The translations under genes were made by a program, and so were the position numbers. Below are positions 37,731 through 49,789 of a stretch of 64,000 bases of DNA, piece by piece. The DNA is taken from the NCBI RefSeq assembly GCF_036321535.1, contig NC_087436.1:930001-994000 (forward strand). The letters are read 5' to 3'. The number at the start of each line of letters is the position of its first letter. Position 1 is the first letter of the stretch. Below the pieces are notes generated by a model. It did not search any database, was not told the origin of the DNA, and worked only from the letters and a program-made list of their open reading frames with translations. The stretch is from Camelus dromedarius. Its lineage: Eukaryota.

Positions 37731-40700
37731 GGTGAAGGACGGCTTTCACACACACTTATCTCTCAGAACAGAGCAAGTGGAGAGACGTTCGTTCATCTAG
37801 CACCAAGGGAACGGGTTGCAGGAGACACTTTTTCTCTGCTTTCTCAGTCTGTTTCCTAGTGCCGGTTTGAAGTTCCTGCAGTTTTCACTGTCAAACCGAT
37901 TTGGAGCTAGTACCTCCCCATATATATGTATGGAATGTAGTTTGCAACTGACAAGAAAATGTGTTCAAAACAAGCTAGGTGAAGGACGGCTTTCATACGC
38001 ACATATCTCTCAGAACTGAGCAAGTGGAGAGACGTTCGTTCATCTAGCACCAAGGGAACGGGTTGCAGGAGACACTTTTTCTCTGCTTTCTCAGTCTGTT
38101 TCCTAGTGCCGGTTTGAAGTTCCTGCAGTTTTCACTGTAAAACCGAGTTGGAGCTTCTACCTCCCCATATATATGTATGGAATGGAGTTTGCAACTGAAA
38201 AGAAACTTTGTGTTCCCAACAAGCAAGGTGAAGGACGACTTTCACACGCACATATCTCTCAGAACTGAGCAAGTGGAGAGACGTTCGTTCATCTAGCACC
38301 AAGGGAACGGGTTGCAGGAGACACTTTTTCTCTGCTTCCTCAGTCTTTTTCCTAGTGCCGGTTTGAAGTTCCTGCAGTTTTCACTGTAAAACCGAGTTGG
38401 AGCTTCTACCTCCCCATATATATGTATGGAATGGAGTTTACAACTGAAAAGAAACTTTGTGTTCCCAACAAGCTAGGTGAAGGACGGCTTTCACACACAC
38501 TTATCTCTCAGAACAGAGCAAGTGGAGAGACGTTCGTTCATCTAGCACCAAGGGAACGGGTTGCAGGAGACACTTTTTCTCTGCTTTCTCAGTCTGTTTC
38601 CTAGTGCCGGTTTGAAGTTCCTGCAGTTTTCACTGTCAAACCGAGTTGGAGCTAGTACCTCCCCATATGTATGTAGGGAATGGAGTTTGCAACTGAAAAG
38701 AAACTTTGTGTTCCCAACAATCTAGGTGAAGGACGGCTTTCACACGCACATATCTCTCAGAACTGAGCAAGTGGAGAGACGTTCTTTCATGTAGCACCAA
38801 GGGAACGGGTTGCAGGAGACACTTTTTCTCTGCTTTCTCAGTCTGTTTCCTAGTGCCGGTTTGAAATTCCTGCAGTTTTCACTGTCAAACCGAGTTGGAG
38901 CTAGTACCTCCCCATATATATGTATTGAATGGGGTTTGCAACTGAAAAGAAACTTTGTGTTCCCAACAACCTAGGTGAAGGACGGATTTCACACATTTAT
39001 CTCTCAGAACTAAGCAAGTGGAGAGACGTTCGTTCATCTAGTACCAAGGGAATGGGTTGCAGGAGACACTTTTTCTCTGCTTTCTCAGTCTGTTTCCTAG
39101 TGCCGGTTTGAAGTTCCTGCAGTTTTCATTGTCAAACCTATTTGGAGCTAGTATCTCCATATATATATGTATGGAATGGAGTTTACAACTGAAAAGAAAC
39201 TTTGTGTTCCCAACAAGCTTACTGAAGAGCGGCTTTCACACACACTTATCTCTCAGAACTGAGCAAGTGGAGAAACGTTCGTTCATCTAGCACCAAGGGA
39301 ACGGGTTGCAGGAGACACTTTTTCTCTGCTTTCTCAGTCTATTTCCTAGTGCCGGTTTGAAGTTATTGCAGTTATCAATGTAAAACCGAGTTGGAGCTTC
39401 TACCTCCCCATATATATGTATGGAATGTAGTTTGCAACTGACAAGAAAATGTGTTCAAAACAAGCTAGGTGAAGGACGGCTTTCATACGCACATATCTCT
39501 CAGAACTGAGCAAGTGGAGAGACTTTCGTTCATCTAGCACCAAGGGAACGGGTTGCAGGAGACACTTTTTCTCTGCTTTCTCAGTCTGTTTCCTAGTGCC
39601 GGTTTGAAGTTCCTGCAGTTTTCACTGTAAAACCGAGTTGGAGCTTCTACCTCCCCATATATATGTATGGAATGGAGTTTGCAACTGAAAAGAAACTTTG
39701 TGTTCCCAACAAGCAAGGTGAAGGACGACTTTCACACGCACATATCTCTCAGAACTGAGCAAGTGGAGAGACGTTCGTTCATCTAGCACCAAGGGAACGG
39801 GTTGCAGGAGACACTTTTTCTCTGCTTCCTCAGTCTTTTTCCTAGTGCCGGTTTGAAGTTCCTGCAGTTTTCACTGTAAAACCGAGTTGGAGCTTCTACC
39901 TCCCCATATATATGTATGGAATGGAGTTTACAACTGAAAAGAAACTTTGTGTTCCCAACAAGCTAGGTGAAGGACGGCTTTCACACACACTTATCTCTCA
40001 GAACAGAGCAAGTGGAGAGACGTTCGTTCATCTAGCACCAAGGGAACGGGTTGCAGGAGACACTTTTTCTCTGCTTTCTCAGTATGTTTCCTAGTGCCGG
40101 TTTGAAGTTCCTGCAGTTTTCACTGTCAAACCGAGTTGGAGCTAGTACCTCCCCATATATATGTATGGAATGGAGTTTGCAACTGAAAAGAAACTTTGTG
40201 TTCCCAACAAGCTAGGTGAAGGACGGCTTTCACACACACTTATCTCTCAGAACAGAGCAAGTGGAGAGACGTTCGTTCATCTAGCACCAAGGGAACGGGT
40301 TGCAGGAGACACTTTTTCTCTGCTTTCTCAGTCTGTTTCCTAGTGCCGGTTTGAAGTTCCTGCAGTTTTCACTGTCAAACCGAGTTGGAGCTAGTACCTC
40401 CCCATATATATGTATGGAATGGAGTTTGCAACTGAAAAGAAACTTTGTGTTCCCAACAAGCTAGGTGAAGGACGGCTTTCACACACACTTATCTCCCAGA
40501 ACTGAGCAAGTGGAGAGACGTTCGTTCATCTAGCACCAAGGGAACGGGTTGCAGGAGACACGTTTTCTCTGCTTTCTCAGTCTGTTTCCTAGAGCCGGTT
40601 TGAAGTTCCTGCAGTTTTCACTGTAAAACCGAGTTGGAGCTTCTACCTCCCCATATATATGTATGGAATGGAGTTTGCAACTGAAAAGAAACTTTGTGTT

Positions 40701-43700
40701 CCCAACAAGCAAGGTGAAGGACGGCTTACACACACACTTATTTCTCAGAACTGAGCAAGTGGAGAGACGTTCGTTCATCTAGCACCAAGGGAACGGGTTG
40801 CAAGAGACACTTTTTCTCTGCTTTCTCAGTCTTTTTCCTAGTGCCGGTTTAAATTACCTGCAGTTTTCACTGTCAAACCGAGTTGGAGCTAGTACCTCCC
40901 CATATATATGTATGGAATTGAGTTGGCAACTGAAAAGAATCTTTGTGTTCCCAACAAGCTAGGTGAAGGACGGCTTTCACACACACTTATCTCTCAGAAC
41001 TGAGCAAGTGGAGAGACGTTCTTTCATGTAGCACCAAGGGAACGTGTTGCAGGAGACACTTTTTCTCTTCTTCCTCAGTCTGTTTCCTAGTGCCGGTTTG
41101 AAGTTCCTGCAGTTTTCACTGTAAAACCGTGTTGGAGCTTGTACCTACCCATATATATGAATGGAATGGAGTTTGCAACTGAAAAGATACTTTGTGTTCC
41201 CAACAAGCTAGGTGAATGATGGCTTTCACACACACTTATCTCTCAGAACTGAGCAAGAGGAGAGACGTTCGTTCATCTAGCACCAAGGGAACGGGTTGCA
41301 GGAGACACATTTTCTCAGCTTTCTCAGTCTGTTTCCTAGTGCCGGTTTGAAGTTCCTGCAGTTTTCACTGTAAAACCGAGTTGGAGCTTCTACCTCCCCA
41401 TATATATGTTTGGAATGGAGTTTGCAACTTAAAAGAATCTTTGTGTTCCCAACAAGCTAGGTGAAGGACGGCTTTCACACACACTTATCTCTCAGAACAG
41501 ACCAAGTTGAGAGACGTTCGTTCATCTAGCACCAAGGGAACGGGTTGCAGGGGACACTTTTTCTCTGCTTTCTCAGTCTGTTTCCTAGTGCCGGTTTGAA
41601 GTACCTGCAGTTTTCACTGTGAAACCGAGTTGGAGCTAGTACCTCCCCATATATATGTATGGAATGGAGTTTGCAACTGAAAAGAAACTTTGTGTTCCAA
41701 ACAAGCTAGTTGAAGGTCGGCTGTCACACGCACATATCTCTCAGAACTGAGCAAGTGGAGAGACGTTCGTTCATCTAGCACCAAGGGAACGGGTTGGAAG
41801 AGACACTTTTTCTCTGCTTCCTCAGTCTGTTTCCTAGTGCCGGTTTGAAGTTCCTGCAGTTTTCACTGTAAAACCGGGTTGGAGCTTGTACCTCCCCATA
41901 TATATGTATGGAATGGAGTTTGCAACTGAAAAGAAACTTTGTGTTCCCAACAAGCTAGGTGAAGGACGGCTTTCACACACAGTTATCTCTCAGAAATGAG
42001 CAAGTGGAGAGACGTTCGTTCATCTAGCACCAAGGGAACGGGTTGCAGGAGACACTTTTTCTCTGCTTTCTCAGTCTGTTTCCTAGTGCCGGTTTGAAGT
42101 TCCTGCAGTTTTCACTGTCAAACAGAGTTGGAGCTAGTACCTCCCCATATATATGTATGGAATGAAGTTTGCAACTGAAAAGAAACTTTGTGTTCCCAAC
42201 AAGCTAGGTGAAGGACGGCTTTCACACACACTTATCTCTCAGAACAGAGCAAGTGGAGAGACGTTCGTTCATCTAGCACCAAGGGAACGGGTTGCAGGAG
42301 ACACTTTTTCTCTGCTTTCTCAGTCTGTTTCCTAGTGCCGGTTTGAAGTTCCTGCAGTTTTCACTGTCAAACCGATTTGGAGCTAGTACCTCCCCATATA
42401 TATGTATGGAATGTAGTTTGCAACTGACAAGAAAATGTGTTCAAAACAAGCTAGGTGAAGGACGGCTTTCATACGCACATATCTCTCAGAACTGAGCAAG
42501 TGGAGAGACGTTCGTTCATCTAGCACCAAGGGAACGGGTTGCAGGAGACACTTTTTCTCTGCTTTCTCAGTCTGTTTCCTAGTGCCGGTTTGAAGTTCCT
42601 GCAGTTTTCACTGTAAAACCGAGTTGGAGCTTCTACCTCCCCATATATATGTATGGAATGGAGTTTGCAACTGAAAAGAAACTTTGTGTTCCCAACAAGC
42701 AAGGTGAAGGACGACTTTCACACGCACATATCTCTCAGAACTGAGCAAGTGGAGAGACGTTCGTTCATCTAGCACCAAGGGAACGGGTTGCAGGAGACAC
42801 TTTTTCTCTGCTTCCTCAGTCTTTTTCCTAGTGCCGGTTTGAAGTTCCTGCAGTTTTCACTGTAAAACCGAGTTGGAGCTTCTACCTCCCCATATATATG
42901 TATGGAATGGAGTTTACAACTGAAAAGAAACTTTGTGTTCCCAACAAGCTAGGTGAAGGACGGCTTTCACACACACTTATCTCTCAGAACAGAGCAAGTG
43001 GAGAGACGTTCGTTCATCTAGCACCAAGGGAACGGGTTGCAGGAGACACTTTTTCTCTGCTTTCTCAGTCTGTTTCCTAGTGCCGGTTTGAAGTTCCTGC
43101 AGTTTTCACTGTCAAACCGAGTTGGAGCTAGTACCTCCCCATATATATGTAGGGAATGGAGTTTGCAACTGAAAAGAAACTTTGTGTTCCCAACAATCTA
43201 GGTGAAGGACGGCTTTCACACGCACATATCTCTCAGAACTGAGCAAGTGGAGAGACGTTCTTTCATGTAGCACCAAGGGAACGGGTTGCAGGAGACACTT
43301 TTTCTCTGCTTTCTCAGTCTGTTTCCTAGTGCCGGTTTGAAATTCCTGCAGTTTTCACTGTCAAACCGAGTTGGAGCTAGTACCTCCCCATATATATGTA
43401 TTGAATGGGGTTTGCAACTGAAAAGAAACTTTGTGTTCCCAACAACCTAGGTGAAGGACGGATTTCACACATTTATCTCTCAGAACTAAGCAAGTGGAGA
43501 GACGTTCGTTCATCTAGTACCAAGGGAATGGGTTGCAGGAGACACTTTTTCTCTGCTTTCTCAGTCTGTTTCCTAGTGCCGGTTTGAAGTTCCTGCAGTT
43601 TTCATTGTCAAACCTATTTGGAGCTAGTATCTCCCCATATATATGTATGGAATGGAGTTTACAACTGAAAAGAAACTTTGTGTTCCCAACAAGCTTACTG

Positions 43701-44635
43701 AAGAGCGGCTTTCACACACACTTATCTCTCAGAACTGAGCAAGTGGAGAAACGTTCGTTCATCTAGCACCAAGGGAACGGGTTGCAGGAGACACTTTTTC
43801 TCTGCTTTCTCAGTCTATTTCCTAGTGCCGGTTTGAAGTTATTGCAGTTATCAATGTAAAACCGAGTTGGAGCTTCTACCTCCCCATATATATGTATGGA
43901 ATGGAGTTTGCAACTGACAAGAAAATGTGTTCAAAACAAGCTAGGTGAAGGACGGCTTTCATACGCACATATCTCTCAGAACTGAGCAAGTGGAGAGACG
44001 TTCGTTCATCTAGCACCAAGGGAACGGGTTGCAGGAGACACTTTTTCTCTGCTTTCTCAGTCTGTTTCCTAGTGCCGGTTTGAAGTTCCTGCAGTTTTCA
44101 CTGTAAAACCGAGTTGGAGCTTCTACCTCCCCATATATATGTATGGAATGGAGTTTGCAACTGAAAAGAAACTTTGTGTTCCCAACAAGCAAGGTGAAGG
44201 ACGACTTTCACACGCACATATCTCTCAGAACTGAGCAAGTGGAGAGACGTTCGTTCATCTAGCACCAAGGGAACGGGTTGCAGGAGACACTTTTTCTCTG
44301 CTTCCTCAGTCTTTTTCCTAGTGCCGGTTTGAAGTTCCTGCAGTTTTCACTGTAAAACCGAGTTGGAGCTTCTACCTCCCCATATATATGTATGGAATGG
44401 AGTTTACAACTGAAAAGAAACTTTGTGTTCCCAACAAGCTAGGTGAAGGACGGCTTTCACACACACTTATCTCTCAGAACAGAGCAAGTGGAGAGACGTT
44501 CGTTCATCTAGCACCAAGGGAACGGGTTGCAGGAGACACTTTTTCTCTGCTTTCTCAGTCTGTTTCCTAGTGCCGGTTTGAAGTTCCTGCAGTTTTCACT
44601 GTCAAACCGAGTTGGAGCTAGTACCTCCCCATATA
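35865..44635. repeat. 18-monomer duplication (4476-bp offset) that contains a nested 6-monomer repeat
   Basis: ORF pairs 36054/40530, 37677/42153, 37816/42292, 38929/43405 and 39534/44010 all differ by 4476 bp. Confidence 0.85.
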
Positions 44636-45330
44636 TATGTAGGGAATGGAGTTTGCAACTGAAAAGAAACTTTGTGTTCCCAACAATCTAGGTGAAGGAC
44701 GGCTTTCACACGCACATATCTCTCAGAACTGAGCAAGAGGAGAGACGTTCTTTCATGTAGCACCAAGGGAACGGGTTGCAGGAGACACTTTTTCTCTGCT
44801 TTCTCAGTCTGTTTCCTAGTGCCGGTTTGAAGTTCCTGCAGTTTTCACTGTCAAACCGAGTTGGAGCTAGTACCTCCCCATATATATGTATTGAATGGGG
44901 TTTGCAACTGAAAAGAAACTTTGTGTTCCCAACAACCTAGGTGAAGGACGGATTTCACACATTTATCTCTCAGAACTAAGCAAGTGGAGAGACGTTCGTT
45001 CATCTAGTACCAAGGGAATGGGTTGCAGGAGACACTTTTTCTCTGCTTTCTCAGTCTGTTTCCTAGTGCCGGTTTGAAGTTCCTGCAGTTTTCATTGTCA
45101 AACTTATTTGGAGCTAGTATCTCCCCATATATATGTATGGAATGGAGTTTACAACTGAAAAGAAACTTTGTGTTCCCAACAAGCTTACTGAAGAGCGGCT
45201 TTCACACACACTTATCTCTCAGAACTGAGCAAGTGGAGAAACGTTCGTTCATCTAGCACCAAGGGAACGGGTTGCAGGAGACACTTTTTCTCTGCTTTCT
45301 CAGTCTATTTCCTAGTGCCGGTTTGAAGTT
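42400..45330. repeat. 6-monomer duplication (1490-bp offset) with two 247-bp monomers per unit; about 1.5 further copies at ~37920-40160
   Basis: ORF pairs 42520/44010, 42898/44388, 43405/44895 and 38044/39534 differ by 1490 = 6x249-4, which matches two 2-bp deletions per unit. Confidence 0.85.
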
Positions 45331-48300
45331 CCTGCAGTTATCACTGTAAAACCGAGTTGGAGCTTCTACCTCCCCATATATATGTATGGAATGGAGTTTG
45401 CAACTGAAAAGAAACTTTGTGTTCCCAACAAGCTAGGTGAAGGACGGCTTTCACACACACTTATCTCTCAGAACTGAGCAAGTGGAGAGACGTTCGTTCA
45501 TCTAACACCAAGGGAACGGGTTGCAGGAGACACTTTTTCTCTGCTTTCTCTGTCTGTTTCCTAGTGCCGGTTTGAAGTTCCTGCAGTTTTCACTGTGAAA
45601 CCGCGTTGGAGCTAGTACCTCCCCATATATATGTATGGAATGGAGTTTGAAACTGAAAAGAAACTTTGTGTTCCCAAAAAGCTAGGTGAAGGACGGCTTT
45701 CACACGCACTTATCTCTCAGAACTGAGCAAGTGGAGAGACGTTCGTTCATCTAACACCAAGGGAACGGGTTGCAGGAGACACTTTTTCTCTGCTTTCTCA
45801 GTCTGTTTCCTAGTGCCGTTTTGAAGTTCCTGCCGTTTTCACTGTAAAACCGAGTTGGAGCTTCTACCTCCCCATATATATGTATGGAATGGAGTTTGCA
45901 ACTGAAAAGAAACTTTGTGTTCCCAACAAGCTAGGTGAAGGACGGCTTTCACACGCACTTATCTATCAGAACTGAGCAAGTGGAGAGACGTTCGTTCATT
46001 TAGCACCAAGGGAACGGGTTGCAGGAGACACTTTTTTTCTCTGCTTTCTCAGTCTGTTTCCTAGTGCCGGTTTGAAGTTCCTGCAGTTTTCACTGTCAAA
46101 CGGAGTTGGAGCTAGTACCTCCCCATATATATGTATGGAATGGAGTTTGCATCTGAAAAGAAACTTTGTGTTCCCAACAAGCTAGGTGAAGGACGGCTTT
46201 CACACACACTTATCTCTCAGAACTGAGCAAGTGGAGAGACGTTCGTTCATCTAGCACCAAGGGAACGGGTTGCAGGAGACACTTTTTCTCTGCTTTCTCA
46301 GTCTGTTTCCTAGTCCCGGTTTGAAGTTCCTGCAGTTTTCACTGCCAAACCGAGTTGGAGCTTGTACCTCCCCATATATATGTATGGAATGGAGTTTGCA
46401 ACTGAAAAGAAACTTTGTGTTCCCAACAAGCTAGGTGAAGGACGGCTTTCACACACACTTATCTCTCAGAACTGAGCAAGTGGAGAGACGTTCGTTCATC
46501 TAGCACCAAGGGAACGGGTTGCAGGAGAGACTTTTTCTCTGCTATCTCAGTCTGTTTCCTAGTGACGGTTTGAATTTCCTTCAGTTTTCACTGTAAAACC
46601 GAGTTGGAGCTAGTACCTCCCCATATATATGTATGGAATGGAGTTTGCAACTGAAAAGAAACTTTGTGTTCCCAACAAGCTAGGTGAAGGACGGCTTTCA
46701 CACACACTTATCTCTAAGAACTGAGCAAGTGGAGAGACGTTCGTTCATCTAGCACCAAGGGAACGGGTTGCAGGAGACACTTTTTCTCTGCTTTCTCTGT
46801 ATGTTTCCTAGTGCCGGTATGAAGTTCCTGCATTTTTCACTGTAAAATCGAGTTGGAGCTTCTACTCCCCATATATATTTATGGAATGGAGTTTGCAACT
46901 GAAAAGAAACTTTGTGTTCCCAACAAGCAAGTTGAAGGACGGCTTTCACACACACTTATCTCTCAGAACTGAGCAAGTGGAGAGACGTTCGTTCATCTAG
47001 CACCAAGGGAACGGGTTGCAGGAGACACTTTTTCTCTGCTTTCTCAGTCTGTTTCCTAGTGCCGGTTTGATGTTCCTGCAGTTTTCACTGTAAAACCGAG
47101 TTGGAGCTAGTACCTCCCCATATATATGTATGGAATGGAGTTTGCAACTGAAAAGAAACTTTGTGTTCCCAACAAGCTAGGTGAAGGACGGCTTTCACAC
47201 ACAGTTATCTCTCAGAAATGAGCAAGTGGAGAGACGTTCGTTCATCTAGCACCAAGGGAACGGGTTGCAGGAGACACTTTTTCTCTGCTTTCTCAGTCTG
47301 TTTCCTAGTGCCGGTTTGAAGTTCCTGCAGTTTTCACTGTCAAACAGAGTTGGAGCTAGTACCTCCCCATATATATGTATGGAATGAAGTTTGCAACTGA
47401 AAAGAAACTTTGTGTTCCCAACAAGCTTGGTGAAGAGCGGCTTTCACACACACTTATCTCTCCGAACTGAGCAAGTGGAGAGACGTTCGTTCATCTAGCA
47501 CCAAGGGAACGGGTTGCAGGAGACACTTTTTCTCTGCTTTCTCAGTCTGTTTCCTAGTGCCGGTTTGAAGTTCCTGCAGTTTTCACTGTAAAACCGAGTT
47601 GGAGCTTCTACCTCCCCATATATATGTATGGAATGGAGTTAGCAACTGAAAAGAAACTTTGTGTTCCCAACAAGCTAGGTGAAGGACGGCTTTCACACAC
47701 ACTTATCTCTCAGAACTGAGCAAGTGGAGAGACGTTCGTTCATCTAGCACCAAGGGAACGGGTTGCAGGAGACACTTTTTCTCTGCTTTCTCAGTCTGTT
47801 TCCTAGTGCCGGTTTGAAGTTCCTGCAGTTTTCACTGTGAAACCGCGTTGGAGCTAGTACCTCCCCATATATATGTATGGAATGGAGTTTGAAACTGAAA
47901 AGAAACTTTGTGTTCCCAAAAAGCTAGGTGAAGGACGGCTTTCACACGCACTTATCTCTCAGAACTGAGCATGTGGAGAGACGTTCGTTCATCTAACACC
48001 AAGGGAACGGGTTACAGGAGACACTTATTCTCTGCTTTCTCACTCTGTTTCCTAGTGCCGTTTTGAAGTTCCTGCCGTTTTCACTGTAAAACCGAGTTGG
48101 AGCGAGTACCTCCCCATATATATGTATGGAATGGAGTTTGCAACTGAAAAGAAACTTTGTGTTCCCAACAAGCTAGGTGAAGGACGGCTTTCACACGCAC
48201 TTATCTATCAGAACTGAGCAAGTGGAGAGACGTTCGTTCATTTAGCACCAAGGGAACGGGTTGCAGGAGACACTTTTTCTCTGCTTTCTCAGTCTGTTTC

Positions 48301-49789
48301 CTAGTGCCGGTTTGAAGTTTCTGCAGTTTTCACTGTCAAACGGAGTTGGAGCTAGTACCTCCCCATATATATGTATGGAATGGAGTTTGCATCTGAAAAG
48401 AAACTTTGTTTTCCCTACAAGCTAGGTGAAGGACGGCTTTCACACACACTTATCTCTCAGCACTGAGCAAGTGGAGAGACGTTCGTTCATCTAGCACCAA
48501 GGGAACGGGTTGCAGGAGACACTTTTTCTCTGCTTTCTCAGTCTGTTTCCTAGTGTCGGTTTGAAGTTCCTGCAGTTTTCACTGTCAAACCGAGTTGGAG
48601 CTTGTACCTCCACATATATATGTATGGAATGGAGTTTGCAACTGAAAAGAAACTTTGTGTTCCCAACAAGCTAGGTGAAGGACGGCTTTCACACACACTT
48701 ATCTCTCAGAACAGAGCAAGTGGAGAGACGTTCGTTCATCTAGCACCAAGGGAACGGGTTGCAGGAGACACTTTTTCTCTGCTTTCTCAGTCTGTTTCCT
48801 AGTCCCGGTTTGAAGTTCCTGCAGTTTTCACTGTAAAACCGAGTTGGAGCTGGTACCTCCCCATATATATGTATGGAATGGAGTTTGCAACTGAAAAGAA
48901 ACTTTGTGTTCCCAACAAGCTAGGTGAAGGACGGCTTTCACACACACTTATCTCTCAGAACTGAGCAAGTGGAGAGACGTTCGTTCATCTAGCACCAAGG
49001 GAACAGGTTGCAGGAGACACTTTTTCTCTGCTTTCTCAGTCTGTTTCCTAGTGCCGGTTTGAAGTTCCTGCAGTTTTCACTGTAAAACCGAGTTGGAGCT
49101 AGTACCTCCCCATATATATGTATGGAATGGAGTTTGCAACTGAAAAGAAACTTTGTGTTCCCAACAAGCTAGGTGAAGGACGGCTTTCACACACACTTAT
49201 CTCTCAGAACAGAGCAATTGGAGAGACGTTCGTTCATCTAGCACCAAGGGAACGGGTTGCAGGAGACACTTTTTCTCTGCTTTCTCAGTCTGTTTCCTAG
49301 TGCCGGTTTGAAGTTCCTGCAGTTTTCACTGTCAAACCGAGTTGGAGCTAGTACCTCCCATATATATGTATGGAATGGAGTTTGCAACTGAAAAGAAACT
49401 TTGTGTTCCCAACAAGCTAGGTGAAGGACGGCTTTCACACACACTTATCTCTAAGAACTGAGCAAGTGGAGAGACGTTCGTTCATCTAGCACCAAGGGAA
49501 CGGGTTGCAGGAGACAAATTTTCTCTGCTTTCTCTGTATGTTTCCTAGTGCCGGTATGAAGTTCCTGCATTTTTCACTGTAAAATCGAGTTGGAGCTTCT
49601 ACTCCCCATATATATTTATGGAATGGAGTTTGCAACTGAAAAGAAACTTTGTGTTCCCAACAAGCTAGGTGAAGGACGGCTTTCACACACACTTATCTCT
49701 CAGAACTGAGCAAGTGGAGAGACTTTCGTTCATGTAGCACCAAGGGAACGGGTTGCAGGAGACACTTTTTCTCTGCTTTCTCAGTCTGT

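Noticed and set aside
46031..46040. T7 instead of T5 tract (a +2-bp monomer)
   Set aside because: It is a single homopolymer change, absent from the related monomer at ~48270. It could be slippage or a sequencing error.
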